A stretch of 61,361 nucleotides of DNA from Acidimicrobiales bacterium. Lineage in GTDB: Bacteria > Actinomycetota > Acidimicrobiia > Acidimicrobiales > VFJN01. The stretch is from contig DASUJB010000063.1 in assembly GCA_036279475.1 (NCBI GenBank), forward strand, positions 1-61,361, in the 5' to 3' direction. The position numbers were made by a program, and so were the translations under genes. Under the pieces are notes generated by a model. It made no database searches. It worked only from the letters and a program-made list of their open reading frames with translations, and had not been told where the DNA came from. Of the stretch, positions 47,489-56,657 are shown piece after piece (the first letter of the stretch is position 1; each line of letters starts with the position of its first letter).

Positions 47489-48769
47489 ATGCAGACCAGC
47501 ACCGCGACCATGGCGGCCGGCACCGATCTGCGATCCCGCTACCGAGACGTGCGCGCCTTCACCGAGGTGCTGGCGGCGCCGCTGTCGCCCGAGGACCAGA
47601 CGGTGCAGACGATGCCGGACGTCAGCCCGACGAAGTGGCACCGAGCCCACACCACCTGGTTCTTCGAGACGTTCGTGCTGGGCCCCCACGCCCCCGCCCA
47701 CCGGCCGGTCGAGCCCGCCTACGGGTTCCTGTTCAACTCCTACTACGAGGCGGTCGGTCCCCGGCACGCCCGTCCCCAGCGGGGCTTCCTGACCCGGCCG
47801 GGGGTGGCGGAGATCTCCGCGTACCGGTCGGCGGTGGACGAGGCCATGGACGACCTGCTCGCCGCGGAGCCCGCTCCGGCGGTGGCCGACGTGGTGGAGC
47901 TGGGCCTGCACCACGAGCAGCAGCACCAGGAGCTGCTCCTGATGGACGTCAAGCACGTCCTCTCCTGCAACCCGCTGCGCCCGGCGTACGTCGACGCCGT
48001 CGCGCCCCCCGGGGCCGGCGCCGTCCCGCCGGATGGCGCCTCGCTCGACCGGTCGGCACCGCCGGGGTGGATCCGACACCCCGGCGGTGTGGTGACCGTC
48101 GGCCACGACGGGGACGGCTTCGCCTTCGACAATGAGGCTCCCTGCCACGCCCAGCTGCTGGCACCGTTCGCGGTGCGGTCCTCGCTGGTGACCGCCGGCG
48201 ACTGGCTCGCCTTCATGGCCGACGGCGGCTACCGCGAGCCCGGACCGTGGATGTCCGACGGCTGGGCCACGGTGCAGGACCGAGGATGGTGCGCTCCCGC
48301 CTACTGGACGCGGGACGACGACGGTTGGGTGGTGCACACGCTCAGGGGCACCGTCCCGGTCGATCCCACGGTGCCCGTGGCCCACGTGAGCTGGTACGAG
48401 GCCGATGCCTTCGCCCGGTGGGCGGGGTGCCGGCTGCCCACGGAGCACGAGTGGGAGGCCGTGGCGACCGGCCGCCCGGTCGCGGCGCTCGGCGTCGACG
48501 AGTTCGCCCTCCACCCCCGGGCCGGGGGCGAGGGGTGGTGCGACGAGGTGTGGCAGTGGACGGCCAGCGCCTACGCCCCCTATCCGGGCTTCCGGCCGGC
48601 GCCCGGCGCCATCGGCGAGTACAACGGCAAGTTCATGGTCAACCAGCAGGTGCTGCGCGGGGGTGCCTGCGTCACGCCCGCCGGCCACACCCGTACCACC
48701 TACCGCAACTTCTTCCCGCCGGCAGCGCGGTGGGCCTTCGGCGGTGTGCGCCTGGCGGTCGACGCGTGA
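47489..48769 (+). CDS. egtB: Ergothioneine biosynthesis sulfoxide synthase EgtB
   Basis: 426 aa. DinB-like N-terminus (SPTKWHRAHTTWFFE, LGLHHEQQHQEL) and FGE-sulfatase-like C-terminus (RLPTEHEWE, RGG). Confidence 0.85.
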   Translation: MQTSTATMAAGTDLRSRYRDVRAFTEVLAAPLSPEDQTVQTMPDVSPTKWHRAHTTWFFETFVLGPHAPAHRPVEPAYGFLFNSYYEAVGPRHARPQRGFLTRPGVAEISAYRSAVDEAMDDLLAAEPAPAVADVVELGLHHEQQHQELLLMDVKHVLSCNPLRPAYVDAVAPPGAGAVPPDGASLDRSAPPGWIRHPGGVVTVGHDGDGFAFDNEAPCHAQLLAPFAVRSSLVTAGDWLAFMADGGYREPGPWMSDGWATVQDRGWCAPAYWTRDDDGWVVHTLRGTVPVDPTVPVAHVSWYEADAFARWAGCRLPTEHEWEAVATGRPVAALGVDEFALHPRAGGEGWCDEVWQWTASAYAPYPGFRPAPGAIGEYNGKFMVNQQVLRGGACVTPAGHTRTTYRNFFPPAARWAFGGVRLAVDA

Positions 48770-49803
48770 GCGGCGGGCCGGACCTCCCGGGCGGCGCCGA
48801 GCCGGGACGGGTCACCGTCGACGTGTGCCTGACGCCCGAGGACCTCCAGGCCGCGCTGCGGCGCGACGCCCGGCGTGGCCTGACGTCGGTCCCCAAGGCG
48901 ATGCCTCCCGTGTGGTTCTACGACGACCGGGGGTGCGAGCTGTACGAGCAGATCACCCGCACGCCGGAGTACTACCCGTTCCGCACCGAGCGTGCCCTGC
49001 TCCAGGCGGCGGGACCGGCCATCGCCGCCATCTCGGCGGCGTCGGTGCTCGTGGAGCTGGGCTCGGGGACCTCGGAGAAGACCCGGCTGCTCCTCGGGGC
49101 CATGGCCGCCGGTCCCGCCGGCCTCGGCGGCTACGTGCCGATGGACGTGGCCGAGCCCACGCTGCGGGCGGCGGCCGGGTCGGTCGCCGCCGAGCTGGGC
49201 GTGGACGTGCACGCCGTCGTCGGCGACTTCCGGGAGCACCTCGACCGGCTGCCGGCCCCGGCAGCGCCCCGGCGCCTGGTGGCCTTCCTGGGCAGCACGG
49301 TCGGCAACCTGCTCCCGGCCGAGCGTGCCCGGTTCCTGGCCGACGTCGCCGCCCTCCTCGGTCCCGACGACGCCTTCCTGCTGGCCACGGACCTGGTGAA
49401 GCCGGTCGAGCGGCTGATCGCCGCCTACGACGACGCCGGCGGGGTCACCGCCGCCTTCGACCGCAACCTGCTGTCCGTGCTCAACCGCGAGCTCGGCGCC
49501 GACTTCGAGGTCCACCGCTTCGCCCACCGTGCCGTGTGGGACGCCGACAACCGCTGGATCGAGATGCGGTTGGTCGCCACCGAGGCGATGACCGTGAAGG
49601 TTCCCGAGCTCGACCTGGTGGTCGACTTCGCGGCCGGCGAGGAGGTGCGCACGGAGGTCAGCGCCAAGTTCACGCCCGAGGGCACCACCCGCGAGCTGGG
49701 GCACGCCGGCCTGGCGGTGGCGGCCACCTGGACCGACCCGGCCGGCGACTACCTCCTCACCCTGGCCCGCCGGGGCGGGGCCGGACCACCCGGAGGGGGC
49801 TGA
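48766..49803 (+). CDS. egtD: L-histidine N-alpha-methyltransferase EgtD
   Basis: 345 aa. The GTG overlaps the egtB stop (GTGA). PPVWFYDDRGCELYEQITRTPEYYPFRTE, ELGSGTSEKT. Confidence 0.85.
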   Translation: MSGGPDLPGGAEPGRVTVDVCLTPEDLQAALRRDARRGLTSVPKAMPPVWFYDDRGCELYEQITRTPEYYPFRTERALLQAAGPAIAAISAASVLVELGSGTSEKTRLLLGAMAAGPAGLGGYVPMDVAEPTLRAAAGSVAAELGVDVHAVVGDFREHLDRLPAPAAPRRLVAFLGSTVGNLLPAERARFLADVAALLGPDDAFLLATDLVKPVERLIAAYDDAGGVTAAFDRNLLSVLNRELGADFEVHRFAHRAVWDADNRWIEMRLVATEAMTVKVPELDLVVDFAAGEEVRTEVSAKFTPEGTTRELGHAGLAVAATWTDPAGDYLLTLARRGGAGPPGGG

Positions 49804-49805
49804 GC

Positions 49806-50804
49806 GTGGGGGTTGGCGCCGCCACCGTGCAGGTGACGGTGCCGGTGGCGGAGGCCGAGCTGGCCGCCGACGCGCTGTGGAGGGCGGGCGCGGCCGCCGT
49901 CGAGGAGCGCGAGGGGCGCCGGGCGGCGGGCCAGGTCGGCGGCCGCACCGTGGTGCTCGTGGCCGGACCACGCGAGGGGGCGACGGTGGCGGCGCTGGTG
50001 GAGGGGACCATCGGCCGCTGGCCCACCGAGGTCGTGCCCGTCGACCTCGGCGCCGCCCTCGACGGCTGGCGCCCTCACGCCCGGGCGGTGACCGTGGGGC
50101 CGATCGTGGTCCGACCGCCGTGGGTGCCACAGCCGGTCCGCCCGGGCACCCGGGCCGACGTCGTGGTCGACCCCGGCCGCTCGTTCGGCACCGGGGTGCA
50201 CGCCTCGACCCGGCTGGCACTGGCGGCGCTGGCCGAGGTGGTGCGAGGGGGCGAGCGGGTGCTCGACCTGGGCTGCGGCAGCGGGGTCCTGGGGCTGACC
50301 GCCCTGCTGCTGGGGTCGGCCAGCGTCGTCGCCGTCGACGTCGACCCGGCCGCGGTCACCGCCACCGTGGCCAACGCCGCCCGCAACGGCGTGGCGGACC
50401 GCCTCGTCGCGCTCCGGGCCGACACGGCCGGCGGGGGGCGGGCGGCCGGCGCCGGGGGGACCGTCCCCCGGCTCGTCGGGGACGGCTCCTGCGACGTCGT
50501 GGCGGCCAACATGCTGCTGCCCGAGCTGGTGGCGGTGGTGCCGATGGCGGCGCGTGCCGTGGCCCCCGGCGGGGTGGTCGTGGCGTCGGGCGTGCTCGAG
50601 GGCCAGGTCGACGCCCTGGCCGCCGCGGCCGCGGCTTCCGGCCTCGCCGTGCGCCCCCCGCTGCCCCGTGGCGACGGCTGGGCGGCGGTCACGTTCGGTT
50701 TGAGTGCAGCCACGCCAGGTCGTCGGATCGGAGTCGGCGGCTCCCGTGCCGCTGGTCACCCTGGCCCGAGCCGGTGGATGCCGCCCTCCTCGGAGAGCAC
50801 GTAG
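49806..50804 (+). CDS. prmA: Ribosomal protein L11 methyltransferase PrmA-like
   Basis: GTG 49806 lies 2 nt after the egtD stop. DPGRSFGTGVHASTRL, VLDLGCGSGVLG. The C-terminal ~35 aa look like read-through into the convergent gene. Confidence 0.7.
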   Translation: MGVGAATVQVTVPVAEAELAADALWRAGAAAVEEREGRRAAGQVGGRTVVLVAGPREGATVAALVEGTIGRWPTEVVPVDLGAALDGWRPHARAVTVGPIVVRPPWVPQPVRPGTRADVVVDPGRSFGTGVHASTRLALAALAEVVRGGERVLDLGCGSGVLGLTALLLGSASVVAVDVDPAAVTATVANAARNGVADRLVALRADTAGGGRAAGAGGTVPRLVGDGSCDVVAANMLLPELVAVVPMAARAVAPGGVVVASGVLEGQVDALAAAAAASGLAVRPPLPRGDGWAAVTFGLSAATPGRRIGVGGSRAAGHPGPSRWMPPSSEST

Positions 50805-51929
50805 ACCTCGCCGGCGGCGTCGGTCCCGAAGGAGGTGGCCCCGGGCACGGCCACGTCGAACGTCGCCTCGTCCACGACCTCGCCGCCGCGGGCCCGGACG
50901 GCTCGCAGCTCCCCGCTGCAGTAGTCGGCGAAGAGGTAGGCACCGGCGAGGTCGGGGAGGGCTGCCCCCCGGTAGACCACGCCGCCGGTGATCGAGCACC
51001 GGCCCTCGTCGTGGCTGTACTCGTAGATCGGCAGGACGGCGCCGGGCGGGTTGGTGCCGCCCCGGTAGGGGTGGGTGCCCTCCATCTCGCTCCAGCCGAG
51101 GTTGGCGCCCCGGCCGGCGCCGTCGGCGGCCGGCAGCAGGTCGATCTCCTCCCAGTCGTCCTGGCCCACGTCGGCCACCCACAGGTCTCCGGTGCGGGCG
51201 TCGAAGGTGATCCGCCACGGGTTGCGGACGCCGTAGAGCCAGACCTCGGGGGCGCCGCCGGTGCCGTCGGCGAAGGGGTTGTCGGCGGGGGCGCGGGCGC
51301 CGGGCGCGGCCGTCGGATCGAGGCGGAGCACCTTGCCCAGCAGCGTCCCGGTGTCCTGCCCGTTCCCCTGCGGGTCGCCGGCGCCGCCGCCGTCGCCCAG
51401 CGCCACGTACAGGCGGCCGTCCGGCCCGAGCTCGACGTCGCCGCCGTTGTGGTTGTCGTACGGCTGGTCGACGGCCAGGACCACCCGGCGTGCGCCGGCG
51501 TCGACGGCGTCGCCGGCCACGGGATAGGCGGCGACCCGGGTGTCCCCGCCGGGCGCCAGGCTGGAGCTGACGTACAGGGTGGCGCCGTCCGGTGAGAGCT
51601 CGATGTCGAGCAGGCCCTGCTCCGAGCGCGTGACCACCTCGTCGCTGATGTCGAGCACGGGGTCGCTCAGGTCGCCGTCGGGCGTCATGGTCCGGACCCG
51701 CCCCGCCCGCTCGGCGACGTACAGCACGTCGCTGCCGGCGCGGCCGGTCAGCGCCGTCGGACGGTCGGCCTCGGCCACCTCGGTGAGGGCCACGCCGACG
51801 TCCTCGAGCGGCGGCCGGGTGGTGCCGCCCGACGGCGTGGGAGGCGGTCGCTCCTCCGCCGTCGCTCCCCCCGCACGCCGCGACCACGCCCACCAAGCAA
51901 CCCAGCGCCAGCGGCAGCGCACGTCGCAT
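50756..51929 (-). CDS. PQQ-dependent sugar (glucose/sorbosone) dehydrogenase lipoprotein, reading frame broken in a G6 run
   Basis: The mature domain (YVAERAGRV...QPYDNHNGG...GVRNPWR...HDEGRCSITGG) reads in one frame. The lipoprotein signal MRRALPLALGCLVGVVAAC starts at 51929 in another frame. The two meet at the homopolymer 51867-51872. Confidence 0.75.
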
Positions 51930-51939
51930 GGTGGCGACG

Positions 51940-52860
51940 CTAGTGGCGGGGCGACGCGGGGCGCCGGCCGGGCGCGCCGGCCCGGTCGCGCAACCGGCGG
52001 ATCAGCCCCTCCTGGGCCACCGTGGCCACCAGGGCACCGGTGCGGGTGAACACCAGGCCCCGCGACAGGCCCCGGCCACCGGAGGCGTTCGGGCTGTCCT
52101 GGGCGTAGAGCAACCAGTCGTCGGCCCGGAACAGCCGGTGGAACCACATGGCGTGGTCGAGGCTGGCCAGGAACAGCGTGGGGTCGAACCACGTGCCGCC
52201 GTGGGGCCGGGTGGACGTGTCGAGCAGGGTCATGTCGGAGGCGTAGGTCAGCACGATCGTGTGCAGGATCGGGTCGTCCGGCAGCTGGCCGTCGGCCCGG
52301 AGCCACACGTTTTGGGACGGCTCGGCGCTGCGCGTGCCGCCCGGCGTCAGGGGTTCCACGTGGCGGACGTCGATGGGCCGACGGTGCTCCATCCAGGGCC
52401 CCGGGTCGACGCCTGCCGCCGCCAACCGCTCGCGCATGGTCGGCAGCGCCTCGGGAGGCGGCACGACCGGCATGGGAGCAGCGTGGTCGAAGCCCTCCTC
52501 GGGGACCTGGAAGCTGGCGGCCAGGTTGAAGATCACGCGGCCGTGCTGGACGGCCATCACCCGGCGGGTGGCGAACGAGCCGCCGTCGTGCAGGCGCTCG
52601 ACCTCGTAGAGCACCGGGACCTTGGGATCGCCTCCCCGCATGAAGTAGGCGTGCAGGGAGTGGACCCGGCGGTCGCCCTCGACGGTCCGGGCCGCTGCCA
52701 CGAGGGCCTGGCCCGCCACCTGGCCGCCGAAGATCCGCTGGCGGTCGTCGTCGGGCGAGCTGCCCCGGAAGATGTTGACCTCGATCGGCTCCAGGTCGAG
52801 CACCTTGACGAGGGCATCCACGGCGTCCTGCGGCACGGCGGGAACGGTAGCGGCGGGCAC
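51940..52860 (-). CDS. tesB: Acyl-CoA thioesterase II
   Basis: 306 aa. LDLEPIEVNIFRG, SLHAYFMRGGD and a double hotdog layout. Confidence 0.85.
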   Translation of the reverse strand: MPAATVPAVPQDAVDALVKVLDLEPIEVNIFRGSSPDDDRQRIFGGQVAGQALVAAARTVEGDRRVHSLHAYFMRGGDPKVPVLYEVERLHDGGSFATRRVMAVQHGRVIFNLAASFQVPEEGFDHAAPMPVVPPPEALPTMRERLAAAGVDPGPWMEHRRPIDVRHVEPLTPGGTRSAEPSQNVWLRADGQLPDDPILHTIVLTYASDMTLLDTSTRPHGGTWFDPTLFLASLDHAMWFHRLFRADDWLLYAQDSPNASGGRGLSRGLVFTRTGALVATVAQEGLIRRLRDRAGAPGRRPASPRH

Positions 52861-52883
52861 GGCGGCCGCTAGCTTCGACGGTC

Positions 52884-54098
52884 GTGACGCGAGGCACCGC
52901 CACCGGCCGCCGCTTCCCCGACGGCTTCCTGTGGGGCACCGCCACGGCCGCCCACCAGGTGGAGGGGGGCAACTGGAACAACGACTGGTGGGCGTGGGAG
53001 CACGCCGCCGGCAGCCCGTGCACCGAGCCCTCGGGCGACGCCTGCGACTCGTGGGACCGCTGGGAGGAGGACGTCGCCCTCGTCGCCGACCTCGGCGTGG
53101 GCACCTACCGCTTCTCGGTCGAGTGGAGCCGCGTCGAGCCCGAGCGGGGCGAGTGGTCGTGGGCCGCCGTCGACCACTACCGCCGGCTGTGCCGGGCCCT
53201 GCGGGCCCGGGGCGTCGAGCCCACCGTGACGTTCCACCACTTCACCACCCCGCGCTGGGTGGTGGCCGACGGCGGGTGGGAGGACCCCGCCACCGCCGAC
53301 CGCTTCGCGGCGTTCTGCGGTCGCCTGGCCGGTGAGCTGGGCGGGGCGCTGGCCCGGGCCTGCACCATCAACGAGCCCAACATCCTGGCCACGGTCGGCT
53401 GGCTGCTGGGGCTCTTCCCTCCCGGCAGGACCGACCCCGACCTGCGCCGGCGGGTCGAGGACGTGCTGGTCGACGCCCATCGCAAGGCGGCGGAGGCCAT
53501 CCGGGGGGCCGCGCCCGACGTGCCCGTGGGGCTCACGCTGTCGATGACCGACTACGTGGCGGTCCCCGGCGGCGAGGAGCGGGCCGCCCGCCTGCGCGCC
53601 GAGATGGAGGACGTCTTCCTCGACGCCACCGACGGCGACGACTTCCTCGGCGTCCAGGCCTACTCCCGGACCCGCGTCGGCCCCGAGGGCATCCTCGGAC
53701 CCCAGGCGGGCGTCCCGGTGCTGGAGATGGGCTACGAGTCGTGGCCCTCCAGCGTCGGTTCCTGCCTGCGGTCGGCCTGGGAGCGCACGGGTGGTCGGCT
53801 GCCGCTCCTGGTGACGGAGAACGGGATCGGCACGAGCGACGACGACCAGCGGATCGCCTACGTGCACGCCGCCCTGGAAGGCGTGCTGGGGGCTCTGGCC
53901 GCCGGTGTGGACGTCCGGGGGTACACCTACTGGTCGCTGCTCGACAACTTCGAGTGGGCGTACGGCTATCGCCCCCGGTTCGGCCTGGTCGCGGTGGACC
54001 GCGCCTCCTTCGAGCGCACGGCCAAGCCCAGCGCCGCCTGGTACGCGTCGGTGGTGCGGTCCAACGCGCTGGTGCCGCCGCCTCCGCCCCCGGGCTGA
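52884..54098 (+). CDS. GH1 beta-glucosidase
   Basis: 404 aa. FLWGTATAAHQVEG, acid/base TINEPN, nucleophile VTENGIG. Confidence 0.85.
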   Translation: MTRGTATGRRFPDGFLWGTATAAHQVEGGNWNNDWWAWEHAAGSPCTEPSGDACDSWDRWEEDVALVADLGVGTYRFSVEWSRVEPERGEWSWAAVDHYRRLCRALRARGVEPTVTFHHFTTPRWVVADGGWEDPATADRFAAFCGRLAGELGGALARACTINEPNILATVGWLLGLFPPGRTDPDLRRRVEDVLVDAHRKAAEAIRGAAPDVPVGLTLSMTDYVAVPGGEERAARLRAEMEDVFLDATDGDDFLGVQAYSRTRVGPEGILGPQAGVPVLEMGYESWPSSVGSCLRSAWERTGGRLPLLVTENGIGTSDDDQRIAYVHAALEGVLGALAAGVDVRGYTYWSLLDNFEWAYGYRPRFGLVAVDRASFERTAKPSAAWYASVVRSNALVPPPPPPG

Positions 54099-54187
54099 GC
54101 CCGTCCCACGACGGTGGCGACGACCCCCGCCCCCGTCGGCGGGAGCGGGATGGTGCGGTGGGGGTCGGACCGGTACGGTCGCCGGAC

Positions 54188-54820
54188 GTGACGATCGACC
54201 CCACGCTCCGCAAGGCGGCCGAGGCCGCCCGCGGCTTCATGCCGAGCGACGAGGGCCTGGCCCTCTACGAGGCGGCCGCCACGCTGGGAGGGGACGTGCC
54301 GGGGCCCCTGCTCGAGGTGGGCAGCTACTGCGGCAAGTCGACCATCTACCTGGGTGCGGGAGCGGCCGAGCAGGGTCGCCTGGTCTTCGCCGTCGACCAC
54401 CACCGTGGGTCGGAGGAGAACCAGCCGGGCTGGGAGTGGCACGAGCCGGATCTGGTCGACCCGGCCGTCGGGAAGATCGACACGCTGCCCGCCTTCCGGC
54501 GGACGATCCACGATGCCGGGCTCGAGGGCACGGTCGTGGCCGTGGTGGGGCAGTCGCCCGCCGTCGCCCGGTCGTGGGCCACGCCGCTGTCCCTGCTGTT
54601 CATCGACGGCGGTCACGGCACCGAGCCCGCCCGGTGGGACTACGAGCTGTGGACCCCCCTCGTCGCCCCGGGCGGCACGCTGGCCATCCACGACGTCTTC
54701 CTCGACCCCGCCGATGGCGGCCGCCCCCCCTACGAGCAGATCTACCGGCCGGCGCTGGCCTCGGGCCGGTTCGCCGAGGTGCGCGCCGTCGGCTCGCTGC
54801 GGCTCCTCCGCCGGGTCTGA
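54188..54820 (+). CDS. Class I SAM-dependent methyltransferase (Methyltransf_24-like)
   Basis: 210 aa from GTG 54188 within ORF 53741..54820. LLEVGSYCGKST, LLFIDGGH. Confidence 0.65.
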   Translation: MTIDPTLRKAAEAARGFMPSDEGLALYEAAATLGGDVPGPLLEVGSYCGKSTIYLGAGAAEQGRLVFAVDHHRGSEENQPGWEWHEPDLVDPAVGKIDTLPAFRRTIHDAGLEGTVVAVVGQSPAVARSWATPLSLLFIDGGHGTEPARWDYELWTPLVAPGGTLAIHDVFLDPADGGRPPYEQIYRPALASGRFAEVRAVGSLRLLRRV

Positions 54821-54849
54821 CCCCGGGTCCGGTCGGGGACGTCTGACCC

Positions 54850-55920
54850 TCAGTCCCGGTCGGGGACGGACGGGTCGGTGTCGATCACCTCCGGCAGCAG
54901 CTCGTCGTGGCTGGTGAACAGGCCGCGGGCGGGGGAGCCGGCCGGACCGGCGAGAGCGTCGGCGGCCAGGACCACCGCCGAGGCGGTGTAGGTCGACCGC
55001 TCACCGGTGGGGAACCGGTTCTCGTCGGGGAACACCGTGCCGGTCCAGTAGCGGCCGTCCTCGGTGCGGTAGCGCTGGGCCCAGGCGAAGAGGTCGGCGG
55101 CGAGGCGCTGGTTGCCCACCGCCAGGTTGGCCAGGGCGTACTCGCAGGTCTCGGCAACGGTCACCCACGGGCGGTCGGACACGCAACGCACGCCGCATCC
55201 CTCCATCACGAAGGCGTCGTGCCGCTCGGCCAGCCGCTCCCGCCCGGCGTCTCCCACGACCACGCCCGTCAGGACGGGGTAGTACCAGTCCATCGCCCAC
55301 CGGTGCTTGGGGGAGAAGGCGTGGGGGACGTGGCGGACGACGTCGGCCAGCCGCGCCGCCGACAGCTCCCAGTCGGGTCGCTCGTGACCGAGGAGCTCGG
55401 CCAGGGCGATGGCGCAGCGCAGGCTGAGGCAGATCGACGACGACCCGGTGAGGAGGGCGAACGACCACGGGGTGCCGTCGGCATGGCGGGCCCAGAGGAT
55501 CTCGCCCCGTGCCGTCTGCAGGTCGAGCACCCAGTCGACGGCCCTCTGCACCACGGGCCACATCGCCTCGGCGAAGCCCCGGTCACCCGTGCACAGCCAC
55601 CGGTGCCACGCGCCGGTAGCCACGTAGGCGATCACGTTGGCGTCGAGCTTGTCCTGCTCCACGCGGTCGGCCAGGTAGTACTGGTGCCACGAGCCGTCGG
55701 GCCGCTGCCTGTCGACCAGCCACTGGAAGGCCCGGTCAGCCTCGGCGTGGCGGTCGCCCAGCGTCAGGGCCATGGCCGCCTCGACGTGGTTCCACGGATC
55801 GGCGTGCCCGCCGGGGAACCAGGGGATCATGCCCGACGGGAGCTGCCAGGCGGCGATGGCGTCGACGGTCTCGTGCAGCTGCGCCGCGGTGACGGCGCCC
55901 GGCACGTCGGCGAGGGTCAT
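54850..55920 (-). CDS. Prenyltransferase / squalene-cyclase-repeat (alpha-alpha toroid) protein of unknown function
   Basis: 356 aa from ATG 55920, which overlaps the stop of the upstream methyltransferase (ATGA). Repeated W/aromatic-rich segments (QRPDGSW, LQTARGEILW). Confidence 0.6.
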   Translation of the reverse strand: MTLADVPGAVTAAQLHETVDAIAAWQLPSGMIPWFPGGHADPWNHVEAAMALTLGDRHAEADRAFQWLVDRQRPDGSWHQYYLADRVEQDKLDANVIAYVATGAWHRWLCTGDRGFAEAMWPVVQRAVDWVLDLQTARGEILWARHADGTPWSFALLTGSSSICLSLRCAIALAELLGHERPDWELSAARLADVVRHVPHAFSPKHRWAMDWYYPVLTGVVVGDAGRERLAERHDAFVMEGCGVRCVSDRPWVTVAETCEYALANLAVGNQRLAADLFAWAQRYRTEDGRYWTGTVFPDENRFPTGERSTYTASAVVLAADALAGPAGSPARGLFTSHDELLPEVIDTDPSVPDRD

Positions 55921-56657
55921 GCCCCCGCCTCCTCGGGCTTGCGGGCGTAGACGACGAGGCTCTTGCCGATCAGCGGGGTGAGCACCCGGTCGGCGGCCCG
56001 GGTGAACCGGGACCAGGGCCGGGCACCCCCGATGTCCCAGCACAGGACCTGGTGGTAGGCCCGGACGAGGGGGTGGCCGTCGTCGGTGGGACCGACCGCG
56101 CACTTCAACCACCAGTAGGGCGAGTGGAGGCCGTGCTCCTTGTGGCGGGCGTACGGCCGGGCACCGGCGATGCCAAGCTTGTTCTGCAGCTCGGCCCGCG
56201 TGTAGATGCGCACGTGGCCCCCGGGCACGAACGGCGCGTGGTACTCGTCGGTGATGGCCCACGAGATGCGCTCGGGCAGGAAGGACGGCACCGTGGCGGC
56301 GATGGTGCCGCCGGGGCGCAGGACCCGGACCAGCTCGCGGAGGGCGGTCATGTCGTCGTCGACGTGCTCGAGCACCTCGGCGGCGATGATGCGGTCGAAG
56401 GTGCCGTCGGGGAACGGCAGCCGGGTGGCGTCGCCCCGCGTGGTGGCGCTGCGAGCGGCGCCGGGGAGCTCCCCGGCGGCCGCCATGGCCGCCGCCATGG
56501 CGGCGACGTCCTTGAGCTCGGCCTCGTCGTAGTCGAGGGCGGTGACGACCGCGCCCCGGCGAAGGGCCTCGAAGGCGTGGCGGCCGGCACCGCACCCGAG
56601 GTCGAGCAGCCGATCGCCGGCCCGAAGGCCCAGGGTTCCGTAGTCGACGGTGAGCAT
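55917..56657 (-). CDS. Class I SAM-dependent methyltransferase
   Basis: 246 aa from ATG 56657, which overlaps the GT4 stop. LLDLGCGAGRH, FDRIIAAEVLEHV. Confidence 0.75.
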   Translation of the reverse strand: MLTVDYGTLGLRAGDRLLDLGCGAGRHAFEALRRGAVVTALDYDEAELKDVAAMAAAMAAAGELPGAARSATTRGDATRLPFPDGTFDRIIAAEVLEHVDDDMTALRELVRVLRPGGTIAATVPSFLPERISWAITDEYHAPFVPGGHVRIYTRAELQNKLGIAGARPYARHKEHGLHSPYWWLKCAVGPTDDGHPLVRAYHQVLCWDIGGARPWSRFTRAADRVLTPLIGKSLVVYARKPEEAGA

